Shown: one piece after another, positions 50,048-59,854 of the stretch | How positions within the stretch are numbered: the first letter of the stretch is position 1 | Layout of the letters: the number at the start of each line of letters is the position of its first letter | Source of the DNA: Candidatus Latescibacterota bacterium | GTDB lineage: Bacteria > Latescibacterota > UBA2968 > UBA8231 | Length of the DNA: 64,000 nt | Direction of reading: 5' to 3' | Assembly (NCBI GenBank): GCA_965206595.1 | Contig: OZ242214.1 | Coordinates: 320,001 to 384,000, forward strand | Notes under the pieces: model-generated | Told to the model about the DNA's origin: nothing | Seen by the model: only the letters and a program-made list of their open reading frames with translations | Database searches by the model: none | Made by a program: the position numbers and the translations under genes

Positions 50048-51004
50048 ATGGACTTCCGCCGCCTGACCGACAGCGAACGCGAGCAGTGGGACCGCGACGG
50101 CTATTTCCTCATCGAGGGTGCGCTGACCGAGGCGGAGATGGCCGCCATCGACGCCGAGATCGACCGCTGCGACGAGCTCTCCCAGCGGCACGGGCGCGAG
50201 GCCGGCACCTACCTCGACCTGATGAACATCGTCGACCGCACCATCGACAGGTCGAACGGAAACACCCCGCTTCCCACCCGGCCCAACCAGGTCTTCATCG
50301 ACCTGCTCGACCACCGCAGTCACATCGGGCGGGTCTGCGGCCTGATGGGAGCCGCGGTGCACGCCCTCGCCACGCAGGTCATGATCCGCCCTCCCGACCC
50401 AAAGCCGAAGAGCCGCTGGCACCGCGATACCATGGCGCCCTACGGATTCCCGCCCGCCGCCGGCCTGCTGCCGCTGCAGCAGTTCCGGATCGGCTGGTTT
50501 CTCACCGACATGCCCGAGCCGGACATGGGCAACTTCTGCGTCATTCCGGGAAGCCATCGCCTGGGGTTTCCGAAAATCCCCGCGGGCCTGGACCACGCCC
50601 TCAGGCTGACCTCCTTCGCCTCGTACCAGGAACTCGACGATATCTGCGAAGGCTGCCCCGGTGCCGTGCAGATCACCCTGAAAAGGGGAGACGCCGTCGT
50701 CTTCCACAACGCCCTCTTCCACGCCGTCTCCCGCAACACCTCGGACGTGTACCGCCGCAATCTCTACTACGTGTACGGCCCCTGGTGGGCGCGGCTCAGC
50801 GACCGCAACGGGGTGTCCCACGAGGCCGCGGAGATGTGCAGCCCGGTGCAGAAGCAACTCATCGGAGCCACCCTCGAGCCGAGCGCCGACTCGCAGGCTG
50901 ACCCAGACGAACGCATGCCCCTCATTGAGCTGTTCGAAGGCCGCACCTTCAAGGAGACCTTCGACCGCGAGGTGGAGCAGTACATCCTCGAGTCGCAGGG
51001 GTGA
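50048..51004 (+). CDS. PhyH-family Fe/2OG dioxygenase
   Basis: WHRD, VIPGSH, GDAVVFHNALFH. Confidence 0.9.
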   Translation: MDFRRLTDSEREQWDRDGYFLIEGALTEAEMAAIDAEIDRCDELSQRHGREAGTYLDLMNIVDRTIDRSNGNTPLPTRPNQVFIDLLDHRSHIGRVCGLMGAAVHALATQVMIRPPDPKPKSRWHRDTMAPYGFPPAAGLLPLQQFRIGWFLTDMPEPDMGNFCVIPGSHRLGFPKIPAGLDHALRLTSFASYQELDDICEGCPGAVQITLKRGDAVVFHNALFHAVSRNTSDVYRRNLYYVYGPWWARLSDRNGVSHEAAEMCSPVQKQLIGATLEPSADSQADPDERMPLIELFEGRTFKETFDREVEQYILESQG

Positions 51005-51130
51005 GACAGAAGCCCGGGTCGGCTGCCTGATTCCCGGGTCTTTTATCTGGTCAGGCGCGGCAGCCGACCCCTCTTGCGCAATCTGGAAGTCGCGGGGCCG
51101 TGACGCGGCGAAGCGGGCGGGAGCCGCTGC

Positions 51131-51994
51131 CTACAGCCCCACTCCGAACTCCGCCTTGAAAGCGGCCCAGACCTCGGGCGGGATCTCCGCGGTCGCCGCC
51201 TCCATCGCGTCGTCGACCTGCCGACGGTCCTTCGGCCCGGCCAGGACGATCCCCTCGATGTCGGCGGCGAGGCAGAACTGCATCGAGAGGTGGCGGATGT
51301 TGACGCTCCGCTCCCGGCACCACTGCCACATGCGGTGGGCGAGCGGCTCGGCATTGCGGTCGGGCTCGACCCCGGTGAGACGGCCGAGGCCGAGGGCGCT
51401 CGCAAGGATCACCCCGACTCCGCGTTGGCGGGCAAGCGGCAAGGTCGTCGCCGCGGCCGACTGGTTCATGAGGTTGTAGTCGAGAAAGGTGAGCACGATC
51501 TCCACCCTGCCGGTCTCGATGGCGCGGCGATGAAAGGGCTGCGGGCGGCAGCCGAGGCCGACGTGTCCGATGACCCCCTCCTCCTTCATGCGCCAGAGCT
51601 CGTCGAGAGCGCCCCCGGGGGCCAGCGCCGGCTCGATGTCGGCCGGATCGTGGATCAGGACGGCGTCGAGGTAACCGGTCCCGAGCTGCCGCAGGCTGTT
51701 CTCGACCGACCAGCGCGTGCCGGCGGCCGAGTAATCCCCGCGCCTGTCGCGGTGGGTGCCGGTCTTCGTCTGCAGGTAGACGCGCTCGCGCCACCCCCCT
51801 GCGAGCGCCAGGCCGAGCAGGCGCTCGCTGTCGCCGTACCCGGCCGAGGTGTCCATGTAGTCGACGCCGAGCTCGATGGCCCCGCGCACCGCCTCGACGG
51901 CGTCGGCCTCGGTTTGGAGGTGGGCCCAGCCGAAACCGAGGGCCTTCGGCGTCATGCCGGTCCTCCCCAGGACGCGGGTTCCTATTTCAGGCAT
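51131..51994 (-). CDS. Aldo/keto reductase
   Basis: LGRTG, DTSAGYGDSE, QTK, SVENSLRQL, IHDP. Confidence 0.9.
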   Translation of the reverse strand: MPEIGTRVLGRTGMTPKALGFGWAHLQTEADAVEAVRGAIELGVDYMDTSAGYGDSERLLGLALAGGWRERVYLQTKTGTHRDRRGDYSAAGTRWSVENSLRQLGTGYLDAVLIHDPADIEPALAPGGALDELWRMKEEGVIGHVGLGCRPQPFHRRAIETGRVEIVLTFLDYNLMNQSAAATTLPLARQRGVGVILASALGLGRLTGVEPDRNAEPLAHRMWQWCRERSVNIRHLSMQFCLAADIEGIVLAGPKDRRQVDDAMEAATAEIPPEVWAAFKAEFGVGL

Positions 51995-52301
51995 CTGGAT
52001 TCTTTCTGCAGCCGATCCGTCTGCTTTCCCCGGAAGGTTCCGGGATTACAGGTAACAAAGGCCGGCGACGGATCGGTGCTTTGTTGAGGTGCTTTTCAGC
52101 AGTTTTCGAGTGGGGAAATATAAGGGCGGGGAGGAAAGCGGAGGCCCCCCGGAGTTCCCCGGAACGACGGGCGGCGGAGCGAAGTGGATGGCCGGCGGCC
52201 GGAGGTGGTCAGCAGAGGGCCGAAGCGGTGTTGCAGTTGAGGGGGGAGTTCTTTCCGGCTACCGGTAGGAACGGCAGCCCGAGGCATGAACGGGGCGCAG
52301 G

Positions 52302-52430
52302 CTACTCCATCTCCAGGTCGGCCTTGATTCGACCCCAGGAAATCGACTCGGCCGCGGAGCCTGCTTCCGGGTCGAAGAGTTGGCAGGCAGTAACAGCCCA
52401 TCGAGGAGGTGTCCGCTCGAAGGTCTGATA
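52302..52430 (-). pseudogene. Orphan, frameshifted 3' remnant of an SWGxIK-tailed gene
   Basis: Reads LRADT / LDGLLLPAN / DPEAGSAAESISWGRIKADLEME* across frames, matching the ends of 53509..54486 and 55447..56421. Confidence 0.8.
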
Positions 52431-52480
52431 TGCCGGCGCGAGATCGAGAACAGCCGCCAGGCCGGGAGACTACCAGTCCG

Positions 52481-53407
52481 TCAGCCAGCGCCGAGCCAGC
52501 GGCGCAGCCGGTCGAAAAACGGCTCCGGCCGGTTGGAGACGAAGCAGAGGCTCTCGCCGTCCGGGGACCAGGCCGGCTCCCGGTCCGTGACAAACTCCGC
52601 GGTCAATCGCCTGACCCCGGTTCCGTCGACGGCCATGCGGTAGACATGGAAGTTCCAGTCCCGGTTGGAAACGAAGGCGATCGCCCTGCCGTCGCCGGAA
52701 ATGGCCGGTTCCTGATCCTGTCCGGGGTGATTGCTGAGGTTGACCACCTCCCCGCCGGCTGCCTCTGCGATGCAGATCTCGAGATTGCCGAAGCGGTCGC
52801 TCTCGAAGGCGATGCGGCCGTCCGGCAACCAGGCCGGGCGCGCGTCGTGCCCCTCGTGCCGGGTCAGGTTGCGCAGGTTGCCGCCGTCGCGGTCGGCGAC
52901 GTAAACCTCAAGATTGCCGTCGCGGAAGGTGGTGAAAGCGATGAGCCGCCCATCGGGCGACCAGGCCGGCTGGATGCCGTTCTCCACGACCCGCCGGATC
53001 GCCGCTTCCCCGCCCCCCAGCTTAAGGACGTAGATGTCGAACGATCCTTCCGCCGTTCTGCCTCCGAAGGCGATGGCCGTACCGTCAGGCGTCCAGGAGA
53101 GGCCGGCCACGCTGGCTATATGCGACGGTACCGGTATCCTCATCAGTTTTTCCCCGGCCGGGGAAACCACGTGGAACTCGCTCCGGCCTTCGGTGTGAGC
53201 GACGTACAGGACGCGCCGCCCGTCCGGGGCCCAGCGCGGGCTGGCGGTTCCCCATCCCCAGTTCTCCGCGGAGATGCGCACGATGGAGGATCCGTCCCGC
53301 GCCATGCGAAAGACGCTCCCCTCGAAGTCGTGGGCCGCAGCGGGTTGCTGCCAGAGGAGCGAACAGAGCGTCAGGATGACGGTCAGCCTGTCGGATGATC
53401 CAGACAT
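52481..53407 (-). CDS. Secreted TolB-like (PD40) beta-propeller protein
   Basis: Repeated PAWSPDG; signal peptide ending AAA-H. Confidence 0.85.
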   Translation of the reverse strand: MSGSSDRLTVILTLCSLLWQQPAAAHDFEGSVFRMARDGSSIVRISAENWGWGTASPRWAPDGRRVLYVAHTEGRSEFHVVSPAGEKLMRIPVPSHIASVAGLSWTPDGTAIAFGGRTAEGSFDIYVLKLGGGEAAIRRVVENGIQPAWSPDGRLIAFTTFRDGNLEVYVADRDGGNLRNLTRHEGHDARPAWLPDGRIAFESDRFGNLEICIAEAAGGEVVNLSNHPGQDQEPAISGDGRAIAFVSNRDWNFHVYRMAVDGTGVRRLTAEFVTDREPAWSPDGESLCFVSNRPEPFFDRLRRWLGAG

Positions 53408-53508
53408 GACTCGGGTCCAAGGGGAAGGGTGAAAAAGAAGCGGATCAGGGGTGAGCCGACGGACCGTCAAGGCTCACCAGGAGAGACGAGATGGGATAGG
53501 ATGGAACG

Positions 53509-54486
53509 CTACTCGATTTCCAGGGAGGCCTTGATCCGGCCCCAGGAGACAGCATCGACGGCGCTGTCTTCGATCTGCCCGACTGGGTCGTTGGACAGCA
53601 AAAGCCCGTCGAGAAAGGTATCCGCCCGATGGGACAGTACGTTCCAGAACGTGGAGTTGTGCTCGCCCGACTGCTGGAAATCGGGCCCCCAATTTTTCCA
53701 CACTGAATCGGGACCGGGCGGGTCATGGTCATTCACTAGAATCGTGAAACCGATAACCCCGCCCGCGGAAAACCGGCTGACTGCGCTCCCGGCAGGGCCG
53801 TCCCAGGATTCTTCCCCCCAGCGGTCGAACGGCGTCACGTACAGCTCGATCACCCAGATGACCGGGGCTTCTCCGGCAACGCCGCCCCCGCTTTCCGCAT
53901 AGGGTGGAAGGGTCGTCCATGAAAGCATTCCAGTCTGGACTCTATACATCACATCACTCAAGGTCGGACCGCTGGCGGTGTGTGAAATAGCCGCGTAAAA
54001 CTGAGTCTGCCCGTGACCCGCGATCCATTCCTCCCTTGGGTCGTCGTTGGAATAACCCGCACCTCCGCTGTGATCTCCGTCGATCGCCAGCGTGATGCTG
54101 TCATTCGAGAGTACGTCTCGTCGAGTTATGATAGAACTGCCGTAGTCGTGGGTGTTCTTGTACACGTCGTCGCTGGCCACAAAGGCGACGTAGAGGCGGG
54201 CGGGCTCGTCGTGCCAGGCCAGCCAGATGCGGAAGTCCAGGTCGGAAGGATCAAGCGGGGAGTTCTGAAATTCTTCCGTGAAATCCAGCAGGGTCAGGGT
54301 CGGCTCGCCGAGCAGGTCGATCCACTCCTGTATCTGGCCGTCGTCGAGCCGGATCTCGGCCAGCATCTCGTCGCTGAGATAGGGAATCGGGTAAAGGCGG
54401 TCGCCGACGTGGGCCTCGGCCTGGATGCCCAGCCAGAGAAGCAGGCCCAGGGTGGAGGAAAACAGCTTTTTAATCTGCACGGGCAT
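53509..54486 (-). CDS. Secreted CBM9-like SWGxIK-tailed protein, copy A
   Basis: AAGGAG RBS; signal AEA-H; IDGDHSGG; ends SAVDAVSWGRIKASLEIE. Confidence 0.85.
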   Translation of the reverse strand: MPVQIKKLFSSTLGLLLWLGIQAEAHVGDRLYPIPYLSDEMLAEIRLDDGQIQEWIDLLGEPTLTLLDFTEEFQNSPLDPSDLDFRIWLAWHDEPARLYVAFVASDDVYKNTHDYGSSIITRRDVLSNDSITLAIDGDHSGGAGYSNDDPREEWIAGHGQTQFYAAISHTASGPTLSDVMYRVQTGMLSWTTLPPYAESGGGVAGEAPVIWVIELYVTPFDRWGEESWDGPAGSAVSRFSAGGVIGFTILVNDHDPPGPDSVWKNWGPDFQQSGEHNSTFWNVLSHRADTFLDGLLLSNDPVGQIEDSAVDAVSWGRIKASLEIE

Positions 54487-54671
54487 GGCTCTCCTTTCCT
54501 GCTCAAGACCGACTCGCCGGACCGGCCCTCAGGCTTTCCCGGTCGGGGTCGGGAGGTGTAGTTTCGCGCATTTACCGCAAAGATAAAAGGGCGGACAAGC
54601 GCCCCGCTGCACCTGGAAGAAGGGTCGCGGGACACTCGTCCGCCTGGGGCAGACCTGGGTAGGAGAGGGGG

Positions 54672-54878
54672 TCAGTTACACAGGCAGTAGCTGTAAGTCT
54701 CGGACCAGGAGTAGTTTCCGTGCCCCAGTTGGGAGCACTTGTAGGCGCATGCTCCATCGGAGTAAACCCCGCCGAAATAGTGGTATGAACTTGCGCCGAG
54801 AAACAACGCCCCGGCAGAGAGCATGACCCCCGCCACAATGGCGAGATGGATCTTGTACCGTCTCAGAAAGTGTAGCAT
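54672..54878 (-). CDS. Small secreted Cys-rich defensin-like peptide (68 aa)
   Basis: AAGAGGT RBS; basic + hydrophobic leader; CAYKC...CLC-N-stop. Confidence 0.7.
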   Translation of the reverse strand: MLHFLRRYKIHLAIVAGVMLSAGALFLGASSYHYFGGVYSDGACAYKCSQLGHGNYSWSETYSYCLCN

Positions 54879-55232
54879 TTTCTACCTCTTTTCGTTGTGA
54901 GGTGAGGTTTTCCCGGCATTGACCTGTTCCGAAGAAGCGGCTCCTTCCAGTCGTCGGGTCGGAAATCCGGCGCGCAACCTCGTCGCTCCCTCCTGTTGCC
55001 GCCGGCTATCGGTGCACTGCCTCCGCCTTCTCTATTGCTACTGCTGCTGCCCTCCAACACCAAGTCTGCAAGGAGTCCATCGGACACCAGCCCGATGGCT
55101 GCCTTGACGGGCAAGGTAAAAAAAAAGCTCGGGATCAAACCCCTTTTCATTGCCAAGGTCATTTACCCTTTCTGCCGCGAAATGGGGAACCGGTCCCCGG
55201 TCGGCTCGCGGTCGATGCCCTTGCGGTACGGA

Positions 55233-55438
55233 TTCGATCTTCCGGATCGTGTCGAAGAGTTGATGACGTCCTCTTCAAACCAGATCCGCTCCGCGGCCTC
55301 GATCCGCTGCGTCTCCTCGAGTACGAGGAGATGGTCGACAGCCTCACCCTCGAAGAGGTGCGAGAAGCCGCGGAGAAGTACTTCGACCTGGAGAACTACG
55401 TGCGGGTCGTGCTGCTGCCGGCGCCGGCTGACGGGTAG
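55233..55438 (+). pseudogene. Internally deleted remnant of an M16 protease 3' end
   Basis: 55291-55420 closely matches ~59457-59586 (GLDPLRLLEYEEMVDSLTLEEVREAAEKYFDLENYVRVVLLP); 55233-55286 resembles 59281-59328. Confidence 0.85.
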
Positions 55439-55446
55439 TCTGCCAG

Positions 55447-56421
55447 TCAGTCAGCCCTGGGCTGTTTCAGGGAGGCCTTGATCCGGCCCCAGGAGATCGA
55501 CTCGACCGCGCTGCCATCCGTTTCGGAGGGCAGCAGCAATCCGTCGAGAAAGGTATCCGCCCGCATGAATCGTATGTTCTGGAACGTGGTGTAGATCCCG
55601 TCCGATTGCTGCACTTCGGGCGCCCAATTTGTCCACTCTGAATCGTAAGGCGGCAAGTCATAATCAAACACTACCATCGTGAAACCGATCACCTTCCCCG
55701 CGGCAAAACGGCTGACTGCGCTCCCGGCGGGGTCCGCCCAGGTTTCCCCCCAGCGGTCGAACGGCGTAACGTACAGCTCGATCACCCAGATGACCGGCGT
55801 TTCTCCGGCCACGCCGCCGCCGCTTTCCGCATAGGGCGGCAGGGTCGTCCATGAAAGCTGGCCCGTCTGGATTCTATACACCTCATCACTCAAGGTCGGA
55901 CCGCTGACGGTACTGGAGATCGCCACATACGCTGGATTCTGCCCATGAATCTCGATCACTTCCTCCAATGGGTCGCCGTTGGAAACCCCCGCACCTCCGC
56001 TGTGATCTCCGTCGATCGCCAGGATGATGCTGTCATTCATGTGTACGTATCGTCGATTAACCTCAGAACTGTCGTAGTCGTGGGTGTTCTTGTACACGTC
56101 GTCGCTGGCCACGAAGGCGACGTAGAGACGGGCCGGCTCGTCGTGCCAGGCCAGCCAGATGCGGAAGTCTAGGTCGGAAGGATCAAGCGGGGAGTCCGCA
56201 ATTTCTTCCGTGAAATCCAGCAGGGTCAGGGTCGGCTCGCCGAGCAGGTCGTACCACTCCTGTATCTGGCCGTCGCCGAGCTGGATCTCGGCCAGCATCT
56301 CGTCGCTGAGATAGGGAATCGGGTACACCCGGTCGCCGACGTGGGCCTCGGCCGGGATGCCCAGCCAGAGGAGCAGGCCGAGGGCGGCGATCCATCGCTT
56401 TTTTTTACGGGAACGAGTCAT
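55447..56421 (-). CDS. Secreted CBM9-like SWGxIK-tailed protein, copy B
   Basis: Close paralog of 53509..54486; ends SAVESISWGRIKASLKQPRAD. Confidence 0.85.
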   Translation of the reverse strand: MTRSRKKKRWIAALGLLLWLGIPAEAHVGDRVYPIPYLSDEMLAEIQLGDGQIQEWYDLLGEPTLTLLDFTEEIADSPLDPSDLDFRIWLAWHDEPARLYVAFVASDDVYKNTHDYDSSEVNRRYVHMNDSIILAIDGDHSGGAGVSNGDPLEEVIEIHGQNPAYVAISSTVSGPTLSDEVYRIQTGQLSWTTLPPYAESGGGVAGETPVIWVIELYVTPFDRWGETWADPAGSAVSRFAAGKVIGFTMVVFDYDLPPYDSEWTNWAPEVQQSDGIYTTFQNIRFMRADTFLDGLLLPSETDGSAVESISWGRIKASLKQPRAD

Positions 56422-56747
56422 GGCTTTCTTCTCTCCCTCAAAGCATTGATGTCCGATTTGCCGCTGCCGGAGTGTGGGTCCGCAAGGCTGCGGCACTCGG
56501 CAGGCATCCTACCAAATCCCCAGGCCCAGGGGGGTCGCCGTGAAGGCGGGACGGGGCCGGGATTCGGCTGGCGCATCGTCACCTCTGACACTGCCGTCGT
56601 ACCCTGCTTGCCGCGGAGCAAACGAATGGCCAGATGGCTGGCTTGGGGAATAACGGGAAAAGGGGTGACTATCCAAAAGCTGTTTCTTTTTTACTCGGCC
56701 CTGGCAACGGGGAGAGCAGGCCGCGCCCAACAAATAAGGAGTGGTGA

Positions 56748-59598
56748 ATGATGAGGACGAGATTTTCGCGAACCCTGTTCTGTTTCGCCCTGGCGGCCCT
56801 GGCAGCCTGTGCCGCCAGGAAAGAAACCGCTCCTGCTCCGCAGCCCGCACTTCCGGCCGAGCCTGAGCTGGAGGCCGCGCTCTCGCTCGATCCGCAGATC
56901 GTCGCCGGCGAGCTGGAGAACGGCTTCCGCTACCTGATTCGCGCCAACCGGAAGCCGGAAAACCGGGCGGAGTTTCACCTGACCGTCGACGTCGGCTCCG
57001 TCCTCGAAGAGGAGGGGGAGCAGGGAGTGGCTCACTTCCTCGAGCACATGGCTTTCAACGGCACCGCCAACTTCGCCAAGCAGGAGCTGGTCGACTACCT
57101 CGAGAGCATCGGCATGCGCCTGGGACCCGATCTCAACGCCGGCACCGGCTTCGACGAAACCGTGTACATGCTCACCGTGCCGACAGACAGCACCGAGTTC
57201 GTCGAGACCGCGTTCCGGATCTTCGAGGACTGGGCCCACGCCATGACCCTGGATCCCGAGGAGGTCGAAAAGGAGCGCGGCGTGGTGATCGAGGAGTGGC
57301 GGCTGGGGAGAGGGGCGCTCCAGAGGATGCGCGACAGGCAGTTCCCGGTGATCCTGAAGAACTCCCGCTACGCCGAGCGCCTTCCGATCGGCCTGAAAGC
57401 CGTGCTCGACACGGTCGGACACACCAGCCTGCGCGAGTTCTATTCCAGGTGGTACCGGCCCGAGCTGATGGGGTTCGTCGCCGTCGGCGACTTCGACCCG
57501 GAATGGATCGAGGCGAAGGTGCGCGAGCATTTCTCCCGCCTGCAGCCGCGGGAGGATGCGCCGGAGCGGGCCGTCTACCCGGTGCCGGACCACGACGAGC
57601 CCCTGTTCGCCATCACCACCGACCCGGAGGCGACGGCGAACTGGATCAGCATCTTTTTCAAACAGGACGTGCGCCGGAAGCGGACTGCGGGAGACTACCG
57701 GCAACCTGGTCGAGGAGCTGTACGGCGGCATGATCAACCAGCGCCTGGATGAGCTGACCAGGTTGCCGGAGCCCCCGTTCGGGTTCGCGGTGGCGTGGCA
57801 GATGAGGATGGTGCGTTCCAAGGAATTCTTCCTGCTTGGGGCCGGGGTCGAGGACAACGGCTTCGACTCCGGGCTCGAGGCCGTGCTGACCGAGGTGGAA
57901 AGGGTGCGGGAGTTCGGCTTCACCTCCGGCGAGCTCGAGCGGCAGAAGAAGGAGATGCTGCGGAGGATGGAGCGGGCGTACCGCGAGCGCGACAAGAGGG
58001 AATCGGCCGCCCTGGCCCACGACTACGTCCACAACCTGCTCGACGGGGAGCCGGTTCCCGGACTCGAGAAGGAACTGCAGCTCCACCGGGCGTTGCTGCC
58101 GGGAATCCGGCTGGCCGAGGTCAACGCGTTCGCCGACTCCTGGACCGGCGAAAAGAACCGCGTCGTCGCTCTGTTCGCCCCGGAGAAGGAGGGCATTAAC
58201 GTGCCCTCCGAGGAGGAGCTGCTGGCGGTGTTCGCGCGCGTCTCGCAGAAGCAGATCGAGCCCTACGAGGAGGAGGTCTCCGAGGAGCCGATCGTCCCGG
58301 ACCTGCCGCAGCTGGCGGAGATCGTCGAGACCGACTCGATCCCCGGGCTCGGGGTGACGGAGTGGACCCTGTCCAACGGCATCCGGGTCCTTCTCAAGCC
58401 GACGGACTTCAAGAACGACCAGGTGCTGTTCAGGGCCTACAGTCCCGGCGGGACCTCGCTCGTCGAGGACGCCGATTTCGTGGCGGCGTCGACGGCCGCC
58501 GAGGTCGTCCGGGAAGGGGGCGTCGCCCGGTTCGATCTCGTCGAGCTGCGCAAGAAGCTGGCCGGAAAGGTGGCGTACGCCGGTCCCTGGATCGACGATC
58601 TGCAGGAGGGGATCTCCGGTTCGGCATCGCCGCAGGACCTGCGGACCATGTTCGAGCTGATCTACGCATCCGTCACCGCGCCGCGCCGGGACAGCACCGC
58701 TTTCGCCGCCTACCGGACGCGGACGAAGGCATACCTCGAAAACCGCAGCGCGCGCCCGGAGACCGCCTTCCGCGATACCCTGACCCTGACCATGGCGCAG
58801 TACCACCCTCGAGCGCGTCCCATGTCGCTGGAGACCCTGGAGGAAACCGACCTCGAGAAGTCGATGCGGATCTTCCGCGACCGCTTCGCCGACTTCGCCG
58901 ACTTCACCTTCTGCTTCGTCGGCAACTTCACCCCGAGGGAGCTGGAACCGCTGGTGCTGACCTATCTCGGGGGCCTGCCCGCAAGCGGCCGCCGCGAGAC
59001 CTGGCGCGATCCAGGCCTGAAAGCCCCGGCGGGAGTGATCGAGAAAACCGTGCGCAGGGGAATCGATCCCAAGAGCCGCTCCGCCATCGTCTTCACCGGC
59101 CCGTTCGAGTTCGACGGATGGCGAAACAATTTCGTCCTCGAAGCGATGGCGGACGTGCTCGAGATCAGGCTGCGCGAGGTGCTGCGCGAGGATCTCGGGG
59201 GCACCTATCACGTTTCCGTGGATGGCAGCGGCTCCCGATATCCCGGGGAGCGCTACCGCATCGATCTGGGCTTCGGCTGCGATCCGGGGCGGGTCGAAGA
59301 GTTGACCGGGGTCGTCTTCGCGCAGATCGACAGCCTGAAGACCGCGGGCACGACCAATGAGCACTTGACCAAGGCGAAGGAGACGGCCAAGCGAAAGCGG
59401 GAGGTGCAGCTGAAGGAGAACGAGTTCTGGGTCTCCCGGCTCATGGACGACGACTTCCACGGCCTCGACCCGCTGCGCCTTCTCGAGTACGACGAGATGG
59501 TCGGCAGCCTCACCCTCGAAGAGGTGCGCGAAGCCGCGGGGAAGTACTTCGACCTGGAGAACTAGGTGCGGGTCGTGCTTCTGCCGGAGGAGGAGTAG
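56748..59598 (+). pseudogene. M16 (PqqL-like) zinc protease lipoprotein with a frameshift and a late premature stop
   Basis: LAAC lipobox, HFLEH; frame break at ~57702 (TAC CGG C AAC CTG); TAG at 59563 where the remnant copy has TAC; natural stop at 59596-98. Confidence 0.8.
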
Positions 59599-59854
59599 GC
59601 GGACTGATGGCGGCGCGCGCATAAGCAAGCGGCCGAATTGACGCCGAACTGGGCGCGCAGGCACTGGAGTCCGGCGGTTCAGGCTGCAGGAGACCCACGG
59701 CATGAGGGGTACCGGGCGGCGCGAGGGCACGGGATTACCCTCGAGGGTGCGTCCTGCGCCGGAGGTTCGCGCACCCCCTGCGGGAAGCGAGGATATTGAC
59801 GGACTCCCCCGGTTTGGCGGTACTTGGCGCCCACTTCAGACAGGAGGGACAACC

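Noticed and set aside
53509-56421. Diversity-generating retroelement TR/VR pair
   Set aside because: No reverse transcriptase in the window; both copies are full genes; differences in the patch I aligned are not confined to adenines of one copy
57690-57710. Programmed frameshift in the M16 gene
   Set aside because: No slippery sequence at the break
59563-59565. Pyrrolysine or amber read-through in the M16 gene
   Set aside because: The remnant copy has TAC (Tyr) here, the gene is also frameshifted, and no pyl genes are seen; simple nonsense change or error is more likely
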